From positions 806,001 to 870,000 of the forward strand of contig MU058714.1 of assembly GCA_013265495.1 (NCBI GenBank): DNA of 64,000 bases, written 5' to 3'. The notes under the pieces were generated by a model that ran no database searches, was not told the origin of the DNA, and worked only from the letters and a program-made list of their open reading frames with translations. A program made the translations under genes and the position numbers. Shown here one piece after another: positions 1 to 13,073 of this stretch (positions are counted from its first letter, which is position 1; each line of letters starts with the position of its first letter). This DNA is from Vicugna vicugna (taxonomy: Eukaryota).

Positions 1-2579
1 GTTTGGTGTAAAAACATGAGAGTATGAAAATCCTTGATCTCACCGCAAGATCTAACCGCTGTTGACATTTCGGAGTATTTCCCCCAGACTTTTCTCAATA
101 TATTGCATATACTTTTTTTCCAAATAGAGTTTATGTATGTGCTGGTGCTCCGTGGATGGACCCTCATGTGTGCATGGGAATGCAGGCTCCTGATGTGACT
201 GAAGGGTTTTCCCTCCCCAACACCCGTTTCTCCCCCAACACACATACGCGTGCGCGCGTGCGCTGTACCACGGTGGCCTCTGGTTGCCAGAGCGTCACCT
301 TCCCCATGCAGCGGGGGTCCGGTGGCAGTGAGCCCTCCATGCTCCATGCTCCTTCTGCGGTCCCAAATTCTCTCGACCTTCTAGGCTAGGGCTGCTGCGG
401 TGGGAACAGGGTCAAGATGAGACTTGAGGAACCTGCCAGTCCAGGTGAGGGAGGGAAATTCAAGCAAGCAGACCTAACAGAGGAGGGCTCCATCCTTCAG
501 CCATGGGAGGGTCCCAGGAGAACTGGGAGAAGCGGCCAGGTCAGAAGGGGAGGCAGCCAGGGGCCCAATGCCAACACTTTGCCTCTGTCCTCCTCAGGGA
601 CCACTGGGCGTGCTGTGAGACCAGTAACCAAAGGAGGGCCCCACGTGCACCCACCCTGTGTTTCACCCTGATAGGACAAGGGGACACCCTGGAAGAAGCC
701 CCTAGCTAGCCCATCCTCCTGAGCACAGGTTGGAAGCAATGTATGCATGCACTGGGGCAGGGAGGGAGGTCCACTCCTGCCTCTGAGCTCCCCTCTCCCC
801 CGGGGGGCGGGGCTCAGTTGTTCACAAGCCTGGCCCCTGAGCCCTCCCAGCTGAGCATGCCCAGGGTCCTGAGCATGGTCTCTTTCAGACCACCCCATGG
901 GCACCTGTGGGGAGCCTTATGTCCTGGCTCCCTGGTGCCTGCAAGTCTGGGTTGATTTTGTCTTTTCCACAAACTGTGTCTAAAGGGTGTCTTGAGTGCG
1001 GTGGCCCCTCTGCTGGGGGGGTTGGAGTGGCAGGAGTTGGTAGGCACCTCTGCGCTGTCCACTAAGGTGCTTATCTCCCTGGCTGCCTGGAGCAGATGCA
1101 GACGCCCTGTCCACCTCACTGCAGCTGACTTCTTATCTCAGAAGCCCCGTAGAACAAGATTCTGGGACACAGAGGCCGTCCTCACTCCTTCCTGTCCTGG
1201 AGGCAGAGGAGCCCCTCCCCCACCTAGTAGCCACAGAGAACCCTGTTTCAGATGCCAGCGCTCCAGACGGAGCCTCCTGACAGGTCTCCTAGAACGTTTC
1301 TTTTCAAAAGTCACTACACATTTCTCTGCGTAAAGCCATTCAGTGGCCTCCCAGATGATTCAGAGTAAGACCTACAGTTCTTTCCATGGTGTGTGAGGTG
1401 TCGGTTACCCTCCGTCCAAGGACCCCCAGGAGCACGCCTGCAGAGAATGAAGCGAGGGAGGCGGCACGCCGTGGGGAGCCGGGGGTGTCTGCGAGAGGTG
1501 TAGCAAGGACCCTGGGGATGGGCTTGTGCTGGGGAACCTGGGGAGGATCAAGGGAGCGGGCTGGGATGGAGGCTTCGGGGAGCAGGGGCGATGCCACAGT
1601 CGGGAGTCTTAATAACGTGTGTCTAGAAGACAGGAGACCAGAGCGAAGCTGAGGCTGAAGGTGGTAAACCCACTCTAGTCAGTGACGAAGGGGGGCCGGG
1701 GGGCCATTTTGAGGTCTGGACAGTGTCCACATTCTGTCTGTGTTCAGATACAGTTGCAGAGGCCCCCTGTCCCTGTTTCCATCCATCTCGGTTGCAGAGC
1801 GGCCCCGTCCGATGATGGTGGCACTAGTTAGCCATGAAGCTGTCAGCACAACACTGAGGCCAGCTGTTGTTTTCCTTTCCATCCCTGTGAGATTGTGACC
1901 TGACCCTCAGCTGTCCCGCACCTCACCTGCAGCTGCTCCTCACTCAGGCCCTCCCGCCGCTCTGCTGTCCTTTGTGGCCGAGCAGGCTGCCCCTTGGGGT
2001 CCTCTGCCCCGTCCCTCTGCCCGGGGACCCACGTGGCCGAGCCTGGGCTTCCCTCCCCGCCCCGCCTCCTTCTCTCCCTTTATCCTGCCTTCCTGGCCAC
2101 TGCCTTCCCTTCCACTGCCTGAGTCCTCCATCCTCCGGCCCCTCCCCTCCCCGTGGCCTCCACCAGACCCACAACAGGGAGCGTCTGGTCACATGCCAGG
2201 GTGTCACGCTCCTGGGGGCAGGGGATGCTTCAAGGGGCGGCTTTGCCCTCCTGGAGCAATTCAGGCATTTCCGGTGTCAGTGGCCCCACTCGCACCGCTG
2301 TCTCTGCTGCAGCGCTTAGAGACCTGAGGTGGTCGCAGGTGGGTGGGTGACGTGCAGAGGCGGCTTTGACCAGACGGCTTCTCAGCCTCCCCCTTCCGCT
2401 GCCAGACGCTGAGGGGCCAACAGTCTGGTGACCTTTGAGCCCTAAAGAGCAGGGAAACTGGAGCTCGGGGGCCTGCCAAACCCGCAGCTGGAGACAGGGA
2501 CCCCATGCCAGCCAGCACCGGCCCCTTCGGCCTGGGGGCCTCCCTTTCCGTTGCTGTTGGAATAGAAGGACATTGGCCC

Positions 2580-2999
2580 CTTTGTTCATTGCTGGGCTGT
2601 GACAAGATACCAGAGACTGGGGAGCTTCAAACAGTAGAAATTTATTCCCTCAAAGCTCTGGAGGCCAGAAGCCTGAAGTAACGGTGTCGGCAGGCTGGCT
2701 CCTTCCGGAGGCTCAGAGAGAGAGTCTGGTCCAGGCCCCTCTCCAGGCCTCAGCCCTTGGCTTGCACACGCATCACCCCAGTCTCTGCTCTGTCTTCACT
2801 CAGCCTTCTCCTCATGTCCCTGTGTCTCCGACCACATTTCCCCTTTCTTACCAGGACACCAGTCTTTGGATCAGGGCCTGCTCCGGTATGACTGCATCTT
2901 AGCTTGACAGCATCTGCAAAGACCGTTTCCAAATAAGGTCACATTCACAGGCCCTGGAGTGGACATGAATTTTGGGGGGACACTATTCACCCCAGTACA
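2580..2999 (-). mobile_element. MaLR solo LTR (MLT1-type)
   Basis: Typical MLT1 motifs: agaaatttattccctcaaagctctggaggccagaagcctgaa...ccaaataaggtcacattcacagg...gggggacactattcaccccagtaca. Confidence 0.8.
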
Positions 3000-3789
3000 G
3001 CCCCCATCCACATATAGTGGGGAATCCAGAGTCCTATGCGGACCCCCGTGCTTCTCGGGTCACGTCCCTGCACGTTTCCTGCTTCTGCTGCGCACTCGAT
3101 GTGGGGGGAGGGCTACACTGGACACCACACAACCCCTGCATGTGCAAAGCATGGCACACCCGGGCCGTCTGGGCAGCGGGCGTTCACTGGTGTTTGGGGC
3201 GACGAGCAGCTCACCACAGGTGACAACACAGGAGTTTCTGGGCGGCTGGGTGCCGGCCCTTCTCTGTCCCCTCATGTCTTTTCATTCCCCGATTCTCTGT
3301 TCCCCGGACTCTCACCTCTCCTCTCCCAGGATGTCTGCAAACCCGCAGGCCCTTTTGCTGTTGTGCGAGCAGCCCTGCACTCTCTTCCCTTCACCTCTTC
3401 CTTCCTGCCTGGACCCCTGGAGGCAGAGGAGGGGGTGAGCCTACCTTCCAGACCAACAGAAGCCATTGGGGCATTTTCCTAAACTGAGTCAAGCTGGCCT
3501 GTGACACGTACCAGCTCCTCTGGGGTAGGAACGCAGTCGGTTTTTATTTCAAAGGGCGTTTCTGTTGTTTTTTTTTCCTTTCTACATCTGTGCTAACATT
3601 CTGTGATTCTTAGAGAACCAGAATTCTGAAGAGCAAAGCCCAGAGCCAAGAATGTTCAAGCCAGAAGGGGTTCTATGCAGAAGGAAACAGACACGGCCTC
3701 TGCCCGCCCGGGTTCTGGGTGGGGGAGCCGTGCAGCGTGCAGCCGTGCAGGCACAGCCACGGGAGCACGGGCGCAGGGAGAGAGAACCA

Positions 3790-5000
3790 CTGGCTGATTT
3801 ACACTGAGCGGGGATGGTCGGTCGAAGATACGGAGGGTTTTAGTCAAGCAAATTATTTCTTGGATGTGATGCAAAAACACAGGCAGTTAAAAAAAAGGTA
3901 AGTTGGACGTCATCAAAATAAAAAAATCTGTGTATCAAAGGCTACTATCAAGAGAGTGAAAACACAGCCCACAGGATGGGAGGAAGTATTCACAAGGCAC
4001 ATGTCCAAATAATGGGTTAATATCCAGAATATAGAAGAACTTCTGTAACTCAACAGCAAAAACAAGCCCTCAACTCTAAAAGGACCAAAGGGTTTGAATA
4101 GACATTTTGCAAAAGAAGACACAAGACACCAAAACACATGAAAATCGCTACACCACTAGCACCGTGCGATGTCACATGGCGTCGCTGATCGTCAGGGAAG
4201 CGCAAACCAGAGCCACGTAAGGCGCCTCACACGTCGGGATGCTGCCATCGAGCGACACCCGCCACAGCAGGAGCAGCAAGCGCTGGGGGGACTTTGGACC
4301 TAGTACGTTGCTGGTGGGAATGTAAAATGGTGCAGCCACTGTGGAAGGTAGTTTGGCAGTTCCTCAAAACCTATACATAGAATTACCACATGATTCGACT
4401 CCTAGGTATGTACCCAAAAGGATCGAAAGAAGGACCGAAACAGACTTACACACCCGTGTTCGCAGCAGCCCAAAGGCGGCGACAGCCCGAGTAGCCACCA
4501 ACACGTGAATGGACAAGTCAACGTGGCCTGTCCATGCGGTGGAATATTATTCAGCCGTAAAAAGGAACGCCATTCTGACACAGCCCACAACACGAATGAG
4601 CCTTGAAAACTGTGCTAAGTGAAAGCAGCTGGTCACAAAAGGACAAACACTATGATTCCGCTTGTGTGAGGTCCCTAGAAGAGGTAAATTCATAGAGACA
4701 GAGAGCAGACTAGAGGCTACCAGGGGCTGGGCGTGGGGACAGGGAGTTAATGTTTAATGGCTGGAGTCTCTGTACGAGGCGAAGAAAAAGTTTTGGAAAT
4801 AAATGGCGGTGGCAGTTGCACAACATTGTGAATGTAATTACTGCCGATGAATTGCACGCTTCAAATTAGGTTAAAGTGGAACATTTTGAGTTGCATATAT
4901 TTACCACAACTCAAAAAACTAGCGATGTAAGTTACCTAGAGGCACTGAAGTAAATGGGTAAGTTTTAAAACATGTGGATTATATCTCAGTAAAGCTGTCA
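3790..5000 (+). mobile_element. Old L1 (L1MB-like) ORF2 3' end and 3' UTR, degenerate
   Basis: ttgctggtgggaatgtaaaatggtgcagccactgtggaa; cacaaaaggacaaacactatgattcc; ggtaaattcatagagacaga. Confidence 0.85.
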
Positions 5001-5992
5001 CAAGGGAGGGAGCAGTAGCCCCTCCACGCAAGCCCCAGGCAAAGGACCCTAAGTTTTAGGGAGGGGCTTGACCCTGGCCATCGGGGTTGGGGGCCTAGCA
5101 AGGATGGGGAGGGAGCAGGGGCGTCCCTGCAGCCCTGACTGGAGCCTCCCTCCCGGCACCCCTCCCTGCCCGGTGCCCCCGGCATCTCCCGTGCAGGCTG
5201 GTTCTGTGCTGAGCACGCAGCCTCCCCTCAGAAGCCAACTTTCTGCACAGCGAAAATGTTTTCTCTGTGCCTGCTTTAGCAGATGGCCCCCCACCTCGGC
5301 CTGAATTGGGAAGCACAGAAATCAAGCCGGGGACAGACGGCTTCCTTGGCAGTGCCTTCCAGGCACACAAGCGCGCGCTCTCACGCCCGCCCGCCCCCTG
5401 CCTCCCCCACCGCGTGCCTTCGTTGTTTCTATGCCTGGAGCCGGGCCTCCCGCCCTGCAGGCCACCCGCCAGGCACCCGGCCAGGTGCTTGCTCAAGGTA
5501 GCCGGTCGGAGAACAGGTCCTCGATGAACGAGTGAATGAACGTATGTTTTTCTTTCTTCCCCCTTTTCACAAACTGAAGGAGAGCTGATGCACAATATTA
5601 TACAAGTAAGTGCACAGCGCAGTGATGTGCAGCTGTCAGGGGTCCTGCTCCGCCCCAGCTGTCCTGCCGAGCCAGCTGCGCTCCCTGCTCTGGACGGCGC
5701 GCCCTCGCCGCTCATTCTGTGCTTGGTAGTTTGCGGCTCTCAACCCCCTGCCCCTGTCGTCTTGCCCCTCCCACCTCTTCCCACCAGTTTGTTCTGTGTA
5801 TCTTTGAGACTGATTCTGTTTTGTTATATTCACTAATTCGTTGTATTTTTTAGATTCCACATGTAAGTGATATCATACAGTATTTGTCTTATTCTGTCTG
5901 ACTTATTTCACTTAGCATAATGCCCTCCAGGTCCATCCATGTGTTTGCAAATGGCAACATTTCATTCCTTTTTGTGGCTGAGTAGTATTCCA

Positions 5993-6022
5993 GTGTGTGT
6001 GTGTGTGTGTGTGTGTGTGCGC
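5993..6022 (+). repeat. (GT)n microsatellite within L1
   Basis: Direct reading. A second (TG)n lies at about 6468-6489. Confidence 0.9.
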
Positions 6023-8062
6023 ATATCACATCTTGTTTATCCAACCATCTGTTGATGGGCATTTAGATAGATAACAGTGAATATTAGGGTGCATGTATCT
6101 TTTCCAGTTAGTGTTTTTGGGTTTTTCTTGGATACATACCCAGGAGTGGAATTGCTGGGTCATATGGTAGTTCTATTTTTAGTTTTTCTGGGAAACCTCC
6201 ATACTGTTCTCCACAGTAGTGGCCCCAAATTACATGCCCCCGACAGTGTACGAAGTGTTCCCGTCTCTCCACATCCTTGCCAGCATTCGTCATTTGTGTT
6301 CTTTTTGATGATAGCCGTTCTGACAGGTGTGGGGTGGTATCTCACTGTGGTTTGATTTGCATTTCCCCGACGATCAGTGATGTTAGCATCTTTTCATGCA
6401 CTATTGGCCATCTGCATATCCTCTTTGGAAAAACGTATTTAAGTCTTCTGCCCATTTTTTAATCTTTTGTGTGTGTGTGTGTGTGTGTGATGTTATATGA
6501 GCTGTCTGTATGTGTTGGATATTAACCTCTTGCCAGCCACATCATTTGCAGACATTCCCCCCCATCAGTAGGTTGTCTTTTCATTTTGTTGATGGTTTCC
6601 TTAGCTGTGCAAAACCTTTTAAGTTTAATTAAGTCCCATTTGTTACTTTTGCTTTTACTTCCTTCGCCTTAGGGGACGGATCCAAAAAAAATATTGCTGT
6701 GATTTATGTCCAAGACTGTTCTGCGTATGTTTTCCTCTAGGAGTTCTATAGTCTCTGGTCTTGCCTTTAGGTCTTTAATCCATTTTGAGTTTGTTTTTGT
6801 ACGTGGTGTTAGAGAATGTTCTAATCTCAGCCTTCTGCAGGCAGCGGTCCAGATTTCCCAGCACCACTTGCTGAAGAGACTGTCTTTTCTCCATTGTGTG
6901 TTCCTGCCTCCTTTGTCGTGGATTAACTGACCATGAGTGTGTGGCTTTATTTCTGGGCTCTCTGTCCTGTTCCATTGCTCTGTGTGTCTGTGTTTGTGCC
7001 AGGACCATGCTGTTTTGATCACTGTAGCTTTGTGGTGTAGTCTGTGGTCAGGGAGCACGATTCCTCCAGCTCCGTTCTTCTTTCTCAAGACGATTTCAGC
7101 TGTTCAGGGTCTTTTGTGTTTCCATACAAGCTTTGAAATTATTCTAGTCCTGTGAAAAACGCTATTGGGATTTTCGTGGGGATGGCACTGAATCTGTAGA
7201 TTGCCTTGGGTAGTATGGTCATTTGAACAGTGTTAACTCTTCCAACCCAAGAACAGAACATACCTTTCTACTTGTGTCCTCTTCCATTTCTTTCGCCAGT
7301 TTCTTTCAGGTTTCCAAGGACAAGTCTTTTGCCTCCTTAGGCAGGTTTATTCCTATGCATTTTATTCTTTTTGACGCAATGGGATTGTTTCCTTAATCCC
7401 TCTTTCTGACAGTTCATTGTTAGTGTACAGGAATGCATCAGATTTCTGCTTCAAGTTTTGTCTCCTGCACTTGACTGAGTTCGTTGCTGAGCTCCAGTAC
7501 TTTTCTGGTGGCCTCTCTGGGGTTGTCTATGTGTAGCACCGTGTCACCTGCGAACAGTGGCAGTTTTTCTTCTTTCCAATTTGGACTCCTTCTCTTTTTC
7601 TTCTCTGACTGCTTGGCTGGGACGTCCGATGCCACGTTGATAAAGGTGGTGAGAGCGGCATCCTTGTCTTGCTCCTGATCTTGGAGGAAATGCTTTCAGC
7701 TTTTCACCACTGAGTGTGATGCTAGCTGTGGGTTTGTCATAAATGGCCGTTGTGATGTTGAGGTGTGTTCTGTCTATGTCCACTTTCTGGAAAGTATTTT
7801 TTTTTATCATAAATGGATGTTGAATTTTGTCAAAAGCCTTTTCCGCATCGACTGAGGTGATCATATGGGTTTTATTCTTCAGTTTGTCAGTGTGGCGTGT
7901 CACCTTGGTTGACTTGAGGATACTGAAAAATCCTTCCTTCCCTGAGGTGAACCCCACTTGGTCATGGTGTATGAGCCTGTTAATGGATTGTTGGACTCGG
8001 TTTGCTAATATTTGGTTGAGGATTTTTGCATCTATGTTCATCAGTGATATTGGCCTAGTTTC

Positions 8063-8194
8063 CTTTTTTCTAACCATTTTTATTGAAATATAGTTAACTT
8101 ACAATATTGTGTTAGTTTCAGGTGTACAGTAAAATGATTCAGTTACACACACACACACACACACACATTCTTTTTCAGATTCCTTTCCATTATG
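8063..8194 (-). mobile_element. Short 5'-truncated L1 3' end inserted into the older L1, with a (CA)n tract
   Basis: tttttattgaaatatagttaacttacaatattgtgttagtttcaggtgtacag interrupts ORF2; tagttt occurs on both sides. Confidence 0.7.
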
Positions 8195-10519
8195 TAGTTT
8201 GTTTCTGTGTGTGTATGATGTCTTTATCTGGTTTGGGTGTCGGTGAATAGTTCAACGGGTGTCATAGAATGAGTTCAGACGTATTCCTTCCTTTGAAATG
8301 TTTTAGAAGAATTTGAGAAGGATAGGTGTTAACCCTGGGGTTGGGGCTGGCCTACGAGAGGGCAGAGCTGAGTCCTGGACTCTGGTTGCAGGGCCCAGGG
8401 ATCCCAAGCTGGTGTCACATAATCGGTGTTGTGGCGAGAGGAGGCGCAGGGCCCTCCTACTCGGCATCTTGGCTGCTCTCCTGTTTGTATGTTTTTCTGA
8501 AGGCTCCATTGTGGGTCTTCGTTTCCTCAGCACCCTTGTCTGCCCCTTGAGCTCAGAACCACAGGCCTTCCAGGGAGTTCCAGAACCTCTGTAACTTCCC
8601 CCCCCCACCACTTTTCTTCTCTCCTATTTCCCGGTTCCAGCGAGCAGTTAACTCCTCAGAGCCCAGGAAGCTTTGCACTCCTTGGGGGTCTGCAGAGAGG
8701 GGGCTGCTGGGGACACAGCTGCACGCGGGAGCCTTTTGGGGGCAGACACGGGGACAGAGCAGGCTGGTACTGCTCGAATTGTGCTGCTCCCGCCTGGGGG
8801 CCCGTGTCTGATCCACACGCCCCAGCTTCACAGAGCAAGGCCAGGGGTCAGGTGACACCTTCCCCGGGTCCGCCGGGGGTTGGTCTGTCCTCCCCTGCTG
8901 CCCCTGGGGGGCTCCCAGGGTGGGAGGAGCGTGTTGAGCCTTAGAGCAGGGCAGCCAGGAGGCGCAGGGGAGGCGCGGAGCTGAGCGCTGGGGGCCGTGG
9001 TGGCTGTCTACACTGCAGCCACGGCTCAGTGTAAGGAACTGGGCATAGCAGGAGAAATACGAAGGCCATCTTAGCCGAGCAGGAGGAAACTCTCAGCCGG
9101 AGCTGGAAAGTGGGGCAGACCGTCTCTGTGGGTAGTGAGCCCCATCTCCGCAGCGTGTGAGCTGAGAACACGTCCGTGCATCCGGTGGGCTGCTGGAGTC
9201 CGCGGCTTCGGAGTCGCCCTCCAGCTTTGACATCCCGAGCCTGTGTCCCTCCGCCCCAGGCGTCCACGTAAGCCGGCCCGTCAGGGAGGCCCAGCAGCCT
9301 CCCTCTGAGCTGCTGTCCTGAGCCCCACAGCCCCCCGAAGTCAGTCACCGGTGTGAGAAGTGGGGAAGGGGATCTGCTGCCAATGGTTATTAAAATACCC
9401 GAGGTTCTGAATGAGCTTTCCCACAGAGATGAGAAACGGAAGAGTGATGTTACTGCTGGCTGAACTATGTGCTTGCCTGAGTGGGAGGCGGAGTGTGTGT
9501 GGTGTGTCAGCTGGAGCTGCTGGAATTGGGTACAACTCCGGGCCCGGCCATGAGTATGCAGCCTGCAGATGGACCCCACCCGCCAAGGGCACCTCTGGAG
9601 GAAACAGGTCAAGGGCCTTCGACTTGGCAGGGGCTTCTCTCTCCCCATGGAGGCTCCTCCCACAGGGGCAACAGGACAAGCGGCCGCCTGGCTGAGGCCA
9701 AATCTCCTCCCTCTGTACCACCCCAGGCTACGGATGGCCCACTCAGACCCCACCAAACCCCAGATCCTGAGTCCTGGCCAGGTACTTCTGCCAACCCAGT
9801 GTGTGTGCGTGCGTGTGTGCTGGGGCGCGGTGGGGGGGGAGACCAACCTACCGGGCAGGCTGTTTTGGCTCCTGGTCATTTATTTTGTCCCCTGGAAGGG
9901 AGCAGCTAGAGAGCTCCACGTCCATTCAGAGTCTAGCCTGGTCCACAAGGGGCCAGAGAAGTAAGTTCTTCCCGGTGTCCAGGGTTCCCGCATCGCCCAT
10001 CATCCCCCTGTTATGTGAATCTGGGGATGACCTCTTGCTCAAGTGCAAGGAAGCAGCCTGGGAACCCCAAAGAGGGGAGGTAACCAGATGTCGGACAAGG
10101 ATGGGTCAGCAGGGATGTGGCAAAGGAGGGCAGAGCAGGGCTGTTTGGGAAGGACAGGGCCAGGCTGCCTGGGACCTGTGCCCAGCTGTGCTGTGGACAG
10201 TGCACTCAGTCAGGACAGAGCAGGGCTGCGGGCGAGAAACGGGGAGTTACTCTGCACCCGGGTCCCAGTGTGGCCTCCACACACTGGGGGGATCACTCCA
10301 CTTCTCTCTGCCTCGGTGTCGGCTGCACCTGGGAAGCGGGCAGGCCCCCTCCCCACGCCTGATGTCCGGTGTTCCTGGATGGCCGCGAGACTGCTGAGGG
10401 TCACAGGGCAATGGGCAGGCATGCACCCCCCGGGAGGGCTGCTGAGGTGGTTGAAGTGACATTTGCAAGCTTGAGAAAGGAAGAGACATTCCAAGGAGAC
10501 CACAGTCTTTCTTCACTCT

Positions 10520-10525
10520 TTTACT
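10520..10525 (-). terminator. Distal poly(A) signal, variant AGTAAA
   Basis: Minus strand reads gagtttatttttacacAGTAAAagagtgaagaaagactgtggtctccttgg, at the edge of the AU-rich UTR block. Confidence 0.55.
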
Positions 10526-13015
10526 GTGTAAAAATAAACTCAACAATTCATGTCATTTCAGCAAGAAAATGAAAAAAAAAAAAAGCAAGGACACCAGTAG
10601 AAATAGTGCATTTCCAGAATTGCTGATGGGAGGTGGCAGGTCCCATGGTTCTGACCCACTAGACACCCAAAGGCTGCAGATCATGGGAAAAAGGTACAGC
10701 TTTGGTTAGCAAATAATGGACAGTGAGATACATGGGTTCCCCTTCCTATTGTACAGTATATACAGTGTGACAATGTCAACCACGGGGGTTTGGGCTGTCG
10801 TCGTTGGGTCATTTTGGCAAATAAGACAAAATTGGGACTCTAAGTGTTGGGCTTTTTTTCTCCTCAATGGCTTGTTCCCCTTCAACAAATGGCACTTAAG
10901 TCCACTGTACACGGAGGTGATAGGTTTCCCATCGTTAACTGAATAAATTTACACGCTGTGTTTTAAGAGATGAGACCATGACTGCGTTAAGCCACGTTTT
11001 GGTTGCCATAAGATTACAACGGATACTGTCATCTTAATGTTTACAATCCGTTACCCAGGTTTCTTCTGTCAGGGTTGGAACTGATAATCAGGTCCTTAGC
11101 TCATCCCACTAACAAGTCGGCTCCGAGACAGAGGGGCCACTGTCAGTGGCCAGTGTACAGCCTGGTGCCCAACACGCCTTTGAGAACAGGCGGCCCCCCT
11201 CTGGAGTTCACTGGAATGACTGACCCTCATGCCAGCCTCCCCCTCCCCTCCACTGCCCACAAGACACCCCCTTGGTCTCAGGTCCCAGGGCTGGTGACAG
11301 AGTGATCTTTGCAGTCTTAGAAAATAAACTGTGAATCTACAAAAGGAACAGAAAGCATACAAAATGTATTTCTTTCTTCCAAAATACATGCTTTCAGTTC
11401 TACATTTTGGCGGAGCCTGAAAAGTATTTTCAAGGGAGATATAGGTTGAGTTAATTTATAGGTTTGTCCTTTGCTTTCATAAAAATACTCTTGTTTGGTA
11501 ATAAACTTTTTCTTCTAGAGTAAGAGAAACAATACTGTGTTATCAAAAGCAAGAAGGCTTACGATTCAAGTGGGATCTAACCCCCCAGGGGCCCGGAGAG
11601 CCTGTCGGCCACTCTCCCACCTCGGACACCCAGGGAGCTGCGGGACACCAGCTCGGCAGAAGCAAACACTGTCTCGACAGTGCTTTTTTATCTTCGTATT
11701 TTATAAAACGGCTTACCTGAGATAGGCATGTGTTATTCAGTGCAAGAGGGAACATCCATCAGATTAAAGAGTAGATGGGAACTATGTGGATTAGACTTGT
11801 GGCTGTCTACCTTTCTCGGGGTGGGCAAAGTGCCAAGTGTTAACACAGTGAGGGAGTCGGGGGCTTGGCACAGGCTCCAGTCGGGCGGGAGGGAGTCAAA
11901 CATCCGCTTCTGTCCCTGGCACCACGGAGGCCTCAGGGGAAGGGCACAGAGTGGAGGGGTTGGGGAGGCCAAAGGGACGCAGGTGTACGCATCTGGGGTG
12001 GGCTCTGCCCATCTCTGGTTAGGGCAGAGGATGGCTTGTGGTCCTGAACGGACAGCTCCCACCGCGCCCACTGGGGCAGAAGGTGGTCTGGGGTCCGTGA
12101 GATCTGCAGGGGCTGGTGGGAGGTGCCGACGTAGAGCACCTAGCACGCTCTGGGCCTTGCCTACAGCTCCGAGATGGCTGAAGTGAGGGGTGGGGCCGAT
12201 CCGGTGGGGGGGGGGGTTCCAAGCTCTCGCTCTCTCCCAACTACGGGGATTGTTCAGCTTGCTCTCAACCTACATGTTAAAAATACTTGGTGTGTTTGGG
12301 CAGCGGGGAGAAGGGGAGGGACTCGACCTCTCCCCTGATCTCCTCCGACACCCTTGGCTTGCTTACTCAGCCTTTCCTGGTAGCTACATGGATGGTCACA
12401 GAACGATGGGTGGCACTCAGCACACAACACAGAACCAGAGCAGCTCATGCAGGCAGGGGAACACACATCGGACTGAGGAAGCACGGGACACGCCACCCCG
12501 AGGAACATGCAAACAGAGAAGATCCCTGCAGATCCACAGACGCCACAGCCCGACGGGCTCCGATGAAGCACAACGGTCTCAGAAAAAGCCACTGTTGAGC
12601 CACAGCGCGCAGCTGGGCGCCTGCACTGGGCGCTCCGCACAAGAGGGAGGCATTGCAGAACGGCGACAGGGTACCGTGCAGACACCCACGCGGACACCGA
12701 CGCAGAGACTCCAGCACAGATGCACACAGATGCACTGGGTTTCCGACACAACACGGACCTGCGCTTCAGGAGACAGGTGCCCCTGGAAGGAACAGGAGAC
12801 AGGGACACCTGCTCCTCCTGAAGAAAAGTCTGCAGCTGCAGATGAGCCAGGCAGTGCAGGAGAATTTCTTGAAAGACTCGCCAGCCTTTTGCTAATTGGA
12901 CTCCTGGCGAGAGTCCAGGTGGCCCTTGGGGCGTGCGACCCCCAGATGGTGCGACAAAGCAGGGAGATCGCCCTCCCTGGGCGTGATCCGTCTGAATGCT
13001 CTTCCCTCTCATTCA

Positions 13016-13029
13016 ACACACACACACAG

Positions 13030-13060
<31 letters not shown>

Positions 13061-13073
13061 TGCGCACACACAC
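13016..13073 (+). repeat. (CA)n microsatellite in NPTX1 3' UTR, read as (UG)n in the mRNA
   Basis: Direct reading; imperfect repeat. Confidence 0.95.

Larger units (their letters stand above)
5546..8333 (-). mobile_element. L1 LINE, 3' UTR plus frameshifted ORF2 including reverse transcriptase fragments
   Basis: ORF fragments [23 protein letters not shown]...[14 protein letters not shown] (7544-8077), KTAWSWHKHRHTEQWNRTESPEI (6669-7088) and IELPYDPAIPLLGMYP (6108-6293) match L1 ORF2p. Confidence 0.95.

Noticed and set aside
6669..8077. Active reverse transcriptase gene or retron-like system
   Set aside because: These are frameshifted, interrupted L1 ORF2 remnants.
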